Shown in pieces: positions 18,648 to 25,474 of a stretch of DNA of 34,893 bases (the first letter of the stretch is position 1; each line of letters begins with the position of its first letter). The notes beneath the pieces are model-generated. The model was not told the DNA's origin, ran no database searches, and saw nothing but the letters and a program-made list of their open reading frames with translations. This stretch comes from Deltaproteobacteria bacterium (GTDB taxonomy: Bacteria; CG2-30-53-67), in contig JAADIO010000001.1 of NCBI GenBank assembly GCA_013151235.1, positions 1-34,893 on the forward strand, in the 5' to 3' direction. The position numbers were made by a program, and so were the translations under genes.

Positions 18648-18860
18648 TTCCAAGGGTTTTTCTCTTTCCCCGTCTTCACACGGGCTGAACGGGATCCGGG
18701 CAGTGACCGATTATGGGATCAACGCTGATCCCTCATTCTTTCAAAGAGATAGGATGTTTTCGTATCGACCGGCGGTCGCGGGTGTATGGAAACCGGGCGC
18801 TTGATCCATCCTCATCCAGCGCCGAACCGCAAGAGAAAAAACTCCATGAATCAGGCGAAA

Positions 18861-18873
18861 AATCAAGGCGTTA
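18861..18873 (+). promoter_or_regulatory. IHF binding site
   Basis: AATCAA-GGCG-TTA is an exact WATCAANNNNTTR match about 40 nt upstream of the rightward -24 box. Confidence 0.6.
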
Positions 18874-18912
18874 CATCGATCATTTTTTCGATCTGCAGGC
18901 GGTCATAACCTT

Positions 18913-18928
18913 TGGCACATCTTTTGCT
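18913..18928 (+). promoter_or_regulatory. sigma-54 (-24/-12) promoter for the ACIII/Qrc-like operon
   Basis: TGGCAC-ATCTT-TTGCT, an exact consensus match. Confidence 0.8.
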
Positions 18929-18993
18929 TTTCAGAAGTCGGCAGAAGTCGGAACGATTCATGCCACCAAGGACTTTCAGGCAAGGAGCCCTGC

Positions 18994-19497
18994 ATGATGG
19001 ACAAAATATGGATGGTCAACGCCCCGGTTTTCTTCTCCCTCTCCTTCCTGCTTCTCTTCTCTGCGAAGGGATACGCCGTAGAACAGCCGATTCAGTTCAA
19101 TCATTACAAGCACACTCAGGAACTGGAACTGGAATGCGTGATGTGTCACATCGGTGTTCGAAACCGGGTTCGGGCGACGCTCCCTAGTGTCGAGATCTGC
19201 ATCGGTTGTCATGAGGAAGCCGTGACCGACAGTCCCGAGGAGGAAAAAATCCGGGAATACGATTCACGAGGGGAAGAAATCCCCTGGCAGCGGCTCTTCC
19301 GGGTTCCCCCCCACGTTTTCTTTTCGCATCGCCGCCATGTTACGGTTGCCGGACTCGACTGCACGAAATGTCACGGAGATATGGCCATGCGCAAAACACC
19401 CCCTCGAAAAGCACCGATGCGAATTTCCATGAGCTATTGCCTCTCCTGTCACCGGCAGTTGAAGGCCAGTACGGATTGCGTTTCCTGCCATCGTTGA
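18994..19497 (+). CDS. pentaheme cytochrome c, ActA/QrcA-like
   Basis: QPIQFNH..H, five CxxCH (CVMCH, CIGCH, CTKCH, CLSCH, CVSCH), IPWQR....P.HVFFSH.RH; N-terminal hydrophobic segment. Confidence 0.9.
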   Translation: MMDKIWMVNAPVFFSLSFLLLFSAKGYAVEQPIQFNHYKHTQELELECVMCHIGVRNRVRATLPSVEICIGCHEEAVTDSPEEEKIREYDSRGEEIPWQRLFRVPPHVFFSHRRHVTVAGLDCTKCHGDMAMRKTPPRKAPMRISMSYCLSCHRQLKASTDCVSCHR

Positions 19498-19518
19498 TCA
19501 AGCGAGGGAAGAATAATT

Positions 19519-22002
19519 ATGAAAAGAAGAAAATTTATCAAGCTTTTAGGCGGTTCCACCACCTTCGCCCTGGCGTATGGATACGGTCTGTTTCCTCCCC
19601 CGAAAGGATTCGGGAAGGCGGAAGCACTCAAGATAGGGGAAGAGGATCTGTCTCTGCGTCCCCCTGAAGAGAAATGGGTTCCCACCGTCTGCCGACAATG
19701 TCAGGGCGGTTGCGGCATCCTGGTCAGGGTCATCGGCAACCGGGCCGTAAAGATCGACGGCAATCCCCTCCACCCGATCAACCGGGGAAGGCTCTGCGCC
19801 CGGGGGCAGTCCGGTCTGCAGTTCCTCTATGACCCGGATCGGATTCGGGGTCCCCTCATCCGGAAGGGTGAACGGGGAGAAGACCGATGGGAATCCGTCT
19901 CCTGGGACAAGGCACTGACAACCCTGCAGAAAAAATTAAAAATTTTGAGGAACAAGAAACGGCCGGAGTCTCTCGTGATGCTTTCCGGCATTCGGCAGGG
20001 ACTGGCAGGAAAAGCAACTTCCCGTTTCATGGAAGCTTACGGTTCTCCCAACCTGATTACCAGCCGGCCGGATCTCTCCAGGGGTTTCATCCCGGCGGTT
20101 GAACTCATGCAGGGGGCCGGGGCCGGCATCACCTATGATATCGAAAATGCAAACTACATCCTCTCCTTCAACAGCGGGCTCCTCGAAGATCATTGGTCTC
20201 CCGTGCAGATTTACCAGGCCTATGGAAAATTCCGAAGAGAACGAAAGGGGGTTCGCGGCAAACTGGTCCAGGTGGAGCCAAGACTCTCCGTCACCGCGGC
20301 CAAGGCCGATCAGTGGATCCCGGTCAAGCCCGGAACGGAAGGGGTTCTGGCCATGGGGATCGCGTCCGTCCTGATCATCGAAAGACGCTACGATGAATCC
20401 TTTCTCCGGAACAGGACCTTCGGCTTTGAGGACTGGGCGGATTCGGAAGGAACGATCCATCCGGGATTCAAAACCCTCGTGATCCAGGAATATCCACTGG
20501 ATCAGGTAGAAAAAACAACGGGGGTTCCCAGGGATACGATCGTCCGGATCGCCCGTGAATTTGCCGATCACGGTCCGGCGCTCGCCATCGGGAACGACGC
20601 CTTCGGCGTGGGCAATCCGGGGCTTTATAACCGAATGGCGATCCACGCCCTGAATGCCCTGGCCGGCAACATCCAGAAGGACGGCGGCATCCGTTCCAAT
20701 GCGAAGCAACCGGATCTCTCCTTGCCTCCACAGACCCCGGACGCCGTCGCCCGGCAGGGGCTTTCAAAACCGAGGATCGACGGCGCCGGTACCGGTCGTG
20801 ATTCCCTGACCGCCGATCTTCCGGAAAATATCCCGGATCGAATCCTGGAGCATACACCCTACCCCGTTGAGATTCTCCTTCTTCATCACGCAAACGCCCT
20901 CTACGACAGCACGGAACCGGACAAACTACAGGCCGCTCTTAAAGAGGTCCCCTTCATCGCGAGCTTCTCTTCCTTCCTGGATGAGACCACCCGATACGCC
21001 GATCTGATCCTGCCCGACTCCATCTACCTGGAAAAATGGGATCTGGATGCGACCTACACGCTCAAGGGGAATCCGGTGGTCAACCTGAGCCGCCCCGTCC
21101 TTCCACCCGTATTCAACACGCGCGACACCGTCGAAGTTCTTGCGGCTCTCTCCAGGAAGCTGGGTGGGAGTCCCGCCGAGGCCTTTCCCGCCTCCCATCC
21201 GGAAGGGATCATTCAGGCCGCCGTCAGGAAGCTGCATCGTACCGGTCAGGGCGAACCTTTCGGAGCCCCCTTGGAAGAACTCTGGACAAAATTACTGGAA
21301 CAGAGTGGATGGAAGGTCCGGAACAGGGAGACTTTCGACAACTTCTGGTCAAAACTTCGGGAACGGGGCGGCTGGTGGGACCCCGTCTACTATCCCTATG
21401 AATGGCGCCGGGTCTTCAGTACGCCCTCCGGCCGTTTTGAATTCTTCAGTCTGACGGTCAAGAAGTATCTCGAAGGCCTCGGGGCCACGGAAAGGGACCT
21501 TGCCCTGAATGCAATGCCGCAGACAGCAAACATGAAACGTGCCGATGCCGGCGCGCTACCCCACGGAAATACCGAAAAACCGGGGAGAAACGAAGAACGC
21601 TACCCTTTCGAGATCCATCCCTATGTCATCCCGATCCTCAGCCATCTGCATCATACCAATGAACCCTGGCTGCAGGACATTACCGGCTTCCATCTCTATC
21701 AGAGCTGGCATACCTGGGTGGAAATCAACCCGAAGGATGCGCACGAACAGGGCATCGGGAACGGGGAGTGGGTCACCGTAGAGTCTTCCCGGGGAAAGAT
21801 CCGGGCCCGGGCACGCCTCTTTGAAGGAGTAATGCCCCACGTCATCAATCTCCCCGTGGGCCTGGGCCACGAAGCAGGCGGACGGTGGACGGCGGGGATC
21901 GGAGAAAATGTCCCCCGGCTCCTGCAAACAAAACGGGAACCGGTAACGGGAAAAACTCGATACGCCCGGTCCCGTGCACGGCTGATCCGTAACCCGACCT
22001 GA
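19519..22002 (+). CDS. Tat-exported molybdopterin-oxidoreductase-fold subunit (ActB1/QrcB-like)
   Basis: KRRKFIK Tat motif; CRQCQGGC...GRLCARG FS0 motif; YDPDR, ADLILPD..YLE and VEINPKDA motifs. Confidence 0.88.
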   Translation: MKRRKFIKLLGGSTTFALAYGYGLFPPPKGFGKAEALKIGEEDLSLRPPEEKWVPTVCRQCQGGCGILVRVIGNRAVKIDGNPLHPINRGRLCARGQSGLQFLYDPDRIRGPLIRKGERGEDRWESVSWDKALTTLQKKLKILRNKKRPESLVMLSGIRQGLAGKATSRFMEAYGSPNLITSRPDLSRGFIPAVELMQGAGAGITYDIENANYILSFNSGLLEDHWSPVQIYQAYGKFRRERKGVRGKLVQVEPRLSVTAAKADQWIPVKPGTEGVLAMGIASVLIIERRYDESFLRNRTFGFEDWADSEGTIHPGFKTLVIQEYPLDQVEKTTGVPRDTIVRIAREFADHGPALAIGNDAFGVGNPGLYNRMAIHALNALAGNIQKDGGIRSNAKQPDLSLPPQTPDAVARQGLSKPRIDGAGTGRDSLTADLPENIPDRILEHTPYPVEILLLHHANALYDSTEPDKLQAALKEVPFIASFSSFLDETTRYADLILPDSIYLEKWDLDATYTLKGNPVVNLSRPVLPPVFNTRDTVEVLAALSRKLGGSPAEAFPASHPEGIIQAAVRKLHRTGQGEPFGAPLEELWTKLLEQSGWKVRNRETFDNFWSKLRERGGWWDPVYYPYEWRRVFSTPSGRFEFFSLTVKKYLEGLGATERDLALNAMPQTANMKRADAGALPHGNTEKPGRNEERYPFEIHPYVIPILSHLHHTNEPWLQDITGFHLYQSWHTWVEINPKDAHEQGIGNGEWVTVESSRGKIRARARLFEGVMPHVINLPVGLGHEAGGRWTAGIGENVPRLLQTKREPVTGKTRYARSRARLIRNPT

Positions 22003-22033
22003 AAGAACAGTGTAATGGAGGAAGGAGAAGAAG

Positions 22034-22717
22034 ATGCCGAAATGGGGCATGGTCATTGACCTGGACAAATGTACGGCCTGTCAGGCCTGTGTCGTCGCCT
22101 GTCAGGCGGAGAATAATATCCCGAATGCAAACCCGGAAACCGCTGCCAAAGGACGCAACATCCACTGGATGGAGATGATCCCCTTTATCGAGGGAGAATT
22201 TCCCCACACCAAAATGCGGCTCCTCCCCCTCCCCTGCATGCACTGTGAGAACGCCCCCTGCACCAAGGTCTGCCCGGTCGGAGCCACCCAGATCAGTTCG
22301 GAAGGTATTGTAGGACAGATTTACCCCCGGTGCATCGGATGCCGCTACTGCACCACCGCCTGCCCTTATACCGTAAAATCTTTCAACTGGTTCAACCCGA
22401 CCTGGCCGAAAGGGATGGAGCGGTATCTCAACCCCGATGTCTCGGTTCGTTACGATGGTGTTGTGGAGAAATGTACCTTCTGCTCCCATCGTCTGCAGAA
22501 GGCCCGGGATCAGGCCCGATTTGAGGGAAGAGAACTGGGGCCGGATGATTACATTCCCGCCTGTGTACAGACCTGCCCGGCCGAGGCGATGTATTTCGGT
22601 GATCTCGACAACCCCAAATCAGTCGTCTCCATTCTTGCAAGAAGTAAACGTTCTTTCCGCCTGATGGAAGACTTGGGGACCCGTCCAAAAGTCATCTATT
22701 TAAGCGAAGGAGTCTGA
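22034..22717 (+). CDS. 4Fe-4S dicluster-type subunit (NrfC/ActB2/QrcC-like)
   Basis: 16 cluster Cys in four groups; GVVEKCTFC and GTRPKVIYL motifs. Confidence 0.93.
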   Translation: MPKWGMVIDLDKCTACQACVVACQAENNIPNANPETAAKGRNIHWMEMIPFIEGEFPHTKMRLLPLPCMHCENAPCTKVCPVGATQISSEGIVGQIYPRCIGCRYCTTACPYTVKSFNWFNPTWPKGMERYLNPDVSVRYDGVVEKCTFCSHRLQKARDQARFEGRELGPDDYIPACVQTCPAEAMYFGDLDNPKSVVSILARSKRSFRLMEDLGTRPKVIYLSEGV

Positions 22718-22718
22718 A

Positions 22719-24113
22719 ATGGATCTGGCAAAGGTCTTGGAACAGGATGAAGAGATCCTCCTGAAACCGATTCAGGAATCCCACAGGAACTTTTACATTA
22801 CGGTTGTGCTCCTCTCCGCCGTCGTGGCCTGGTCCTTGGTCGCCTATTTCCACCAGTTGCGCAACGGCCTGGGCGTCACGGGGTTGAACCGGCCTGTCTA
22901 CTGGGGGTTCTATATCACGAACTTTGTTTTCTTTATCGGGATCAGCCATGCAGGGACCCTGATCTCCGCCATTCTCCGGATTGCACGGGCGGAGTGGCGC
23001 CGTGCGATCACACGTTCCGCCGAGGTAATTACCGTCATGGTCATCTTCTTCGGCGTCGCCAGCATTCTGATGGACCTGGGTCGCCCCGACCGGGTCCTCT
23101 ACATCATCAAGTTCGGACGTTTTCAATCCCCTCTTCTCTGGGACGTCACCAGTATCACGATCTATCTGACCGGCAGCACCGTTTATCTCTATCTTCCCCT
23201 GATCCCCGACATCGCCCTGATGCGGGACAAAGTGAAAAAACGGAAATGGTTTTACTCCGTCCTTGCCCTCGGCTGGAGGGGGACACCCAAGCAGTGGCAC
23301 CGCCTGGAGAAGGCCATTGCCGTTATGGCTATTCTCGTCATTCCCGTTGCCGTCTCCGTCCATACCGTGGTCTCCTACGTCTTTGGGATGACCGTCCAGC
23401 CGATGTGGCATTCCGCGATCTTCGGCCCTTACTTCGTCGTCGGTGCAATCTATTCCGGCATTGCCGCTCTGATTGTCGCCATGGCCTTAATCCGATGGGT
23501 CTATCACCTGGAGAACTATCTCAAAGATATTCACTTCCAGAATCTGGGAATTCTCCTTTTCGTCATGACCCTGCTCTGGACTTATTTCACCTTCTGCGAG
23601 TATCTGACAACCTTCTATGGAGCCGAACCTGCACACATGCAGGTCTTCTGGTCGAAGTTCACCGGGGAATACCGGCATGAGTTCTGGGGAATGGTTGTTT
23701 GCTGTTTCGTGATCCCCGTCATCTTCCTGAGCAACCGGAAGATGCGGACCATGACGGGAATGGTCTTCGCCTCCCTCGCGATTACCGTCGGAATGTGGCT
23801 GGAACGGTTCATTATCGTCGTGCCGACCCTGGCCAACCCCCGACTCCCCTACGAACGGGGAATCTACCACCCCAGTTGGGTCGAACTCTCTCTGCTCGCC
23901 GGCTGTTTTGCGGCCTTTATTCTCTGCTATGTACTCTTTACCAAGTTCTTTCCCATCGTCTCCGTCTGGGAAATTCAGGAAGGACGCAAGCATGCCGTAT
24001 CGGAAGTGGCGGCCCGTGTCAGGACCTATCTTCCGGGCAACCCGACCCCGGACAAAACGGATGCCGGCACCCCCGCCATCCCCAAGGTGGAACCCTTGAT
24101 CGGGGATTCATGA
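22719..24113 (+). CDS. NrfD/PsrC-family quinol-interacting membrane subunit (ActC-like)
   Basis: WGFYITNFVFFIGISHAGTLISAIL, DLGRPDR, SPLLWD, SVHTVVS and MWLERF motifs; about 10 TM segments. Confidence 0.92.
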   Translation: MDLAKVLEQDEEILLKPIQESHRNFYITVVLLSAVVAWSLVAYFHQLRNGLGVTGLNRPVYWGFYITNFVFFIGISHAGTLISAILRIARAEWRRAITRSAEVITVMVIFFGVASILMDLGRPDRVLYIIKFGRFQSPLLWDVTSITIYLTGSTVYLYLPLIPDIALMRDKVKKRKWFYSVLALGWRGTPKQWHRLEKAIAVMAILVIPVAVSVHTVVSYVFGMTVQPMWHSAIFGPYFVVGAIYSGIAALIVAMALIRWVYHLENYLKDIHFQNLGILLFVMTLLWTYFTFCEYLTTFYGAEPAHMQVFWSKFTGEYRHEFWGMVVCCFVIPVIFLSNRKMRTMTGMVFASLAITVGMWLERFIIVVPTLANPRLPYERGIYHPSWVELSLLAGCFAAFILCYVLFTKFFPIVSVWEIQEGRKHAVSEVAARVRTYLPGNPTPDKTDAGTPAIPKVEPLIGDS

Positions 24114-24145
24114 AGCATACGCTGATCAACAAGGAGGTGAGCGTT

Positions 24146-25390
24146 ATGAAACAAAAAGCAACGACTCAAACGCAAAGGAACATTCGATCAAGCTTGTCCT
24201 TTCTCCTTCTGTTTCTCTTCTGTGGAGAATTCTTTTTCATCCCCACAGTCGTAAACGCCGTTGAACGGGATGTCTCCTTCGTCTTCCCTGATGATGCCGG
24301 CCGCGGCTGGAAACTGTTCCTTTCCAAAAACTGTATTCACTGCCATGCCATCTGGGGACAGGGAGACGGGACCATCGGTCCCGACTTGGGACGGATCCAT
24401 ATCAGCCTCCTCTCGGAGGGGCAGCTCGCCACGAATATCGTGAACCACCTTCCCACCATGTGGGAAAAGATGCAGGAAGAAAGTATCCGTTACGAAAAGA
24501 TCAATAAAAAGGAAATGGGGAATCTTTTCTCTTTCCTCTACTTTATCCGCTATGTTGATGAACCGGGCGACCCGGTACAGGGAAAAGCGCTGCTCACGGC
24601 CAGGAATTGCACTACCTGCCACTCCATCCTCGGGAAAGGCGGATCGATCGGACCGGACCTGACGCGATGGGGAGTCTATATCAACCCGATCGTCTGGGCA
24701 CAGAAAATGTGGGTTCACGCCCCCCGAATGGAAGAAGAGATGCGAAAGAAGAATCTGCCCTGGCCGATTCTGAATGCCAAAGACATGGTCAACCTTGTCG
24801 CCTATATCCAAAGCATCAGCGGCAAGATCCAGGAAGAATATCACCTGGAGCCGGGCGCCCCCGTGGAAGGAAGAAAATTATTCAAGACAAAGGCCTGCAT
24901 CGAGTGCCACGCCATCGAGGGGAAAGGAAAACATGTGGGACCCGATTTCGGGAAGATCAAATTTCCCCGGACCCTGGCCGGCATGGCGGCCCTCATGTGG
25001 AACCATTCTCCGGAGATGATGAAAATGATGAAGATCCGCCGGATCCCCCGGAAGGATATCCGTCCCCAGGAAATGGCCGACATCATTGCCTATCTTTTTG
25101 CCGTCCGATATTTTGACCCCCCGGGGAATCCTTCCCGCGGCGAAAAGGTCTTTGAAGAAAAAAACTGCGTCATCTGCCATACCGTCGGCGCCGGTGGACG
25201 GGCCGGAACGATCGGTCCCAATTTGGCCCGGTTACCGAAGATCTCGGTGATCAGTCTGACACAGTCCATTTGGAATCACGGTCCGCAGATGATGAAGAAG
25301 ATGCGGGATTACGGATTTTCCTGGCCGGTACTCCACGGTACGGACATCAACGACATCGTTGCTTATCTGCAGTCGGTACACGTAAGATAG
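24146..25390 (+). CDS. tetraheme cytochrome c built of four class-I-like monoheme repeats
   Basis: CIHCH, CTTCH, CIECH and CVICH, each followed by GPD/NL and (W)xHxPxM; strong AAGGAGGTG RBS before ATG 24146 (alternative ATG 24110). Confidence 0.87.
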   Translation: MKQKATTQTQRNIRSSLSFLLLFLFCGEFFFIPTVVNAVERDVSFVFPDDAGRGWKLFLSKNCIHCHAIWGQGDGTIGPDLGRIHISLLSEGQLATNIVNHLPTMWEKMQEESIRYEKINKKEMGNLFSFLYFIRYVDEPGDPVQGKALLTARNCTTCHSILGKGGSIGPDLTRWGVYINPIVWAQKMWVHAPRMEEEMRKKNLPWPILNAKDMVNLVAYIQSISGKIQEEYHLEPGAPVEGRKLFKTKACIECHAIEGKGKHVGPDFGKIKFPRTLAGMAALMWNHSPEMMKMMKIRRIPRKDIRPQEMADIIAYLFAVRYFDPPGNPSRGEKVFEEKNCVICHTVGAGGRAGTIGPNLARLPKISVISLTQSIWNHGPQMMKKMRDYGFSWPVLHGTDINDIVAYLQSVHVR

Positions 25391-25423
25391 GCCATCCGAC
25401 CCGATTTCCGTCATCCGGAATTC

Positions 25424-25449
25424 AAAACGCCCCCAAAAGGGGGCGTTTT
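25424..25449. terminator. bidirectional rho-independent terminator
   Basis: AAAACGCCCCC-AAAA-GGGGGCGTTTT perfect hairpin between convergent operons. Confidence 0.85.
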
Positions 25450-25474
25450 CGTTTGCGCACTGTGCGGAGCAAGA

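Noticed and set aside
19495-19521. ActA stop (TGA) is in frame with the next gene's ATG, suggesting readthrough fusion
   Set aside because: The downstream protein has its own RBS and an N-terminal Tat signal, and there is no SECIS-like hairpin; probably chance.
23699-24109. Upstream extension of the tetraheme cytochrome ORF
   Set aside because: It overlaps the ActC-like gene in another frame; the RBS and signal peptide point to 24146.
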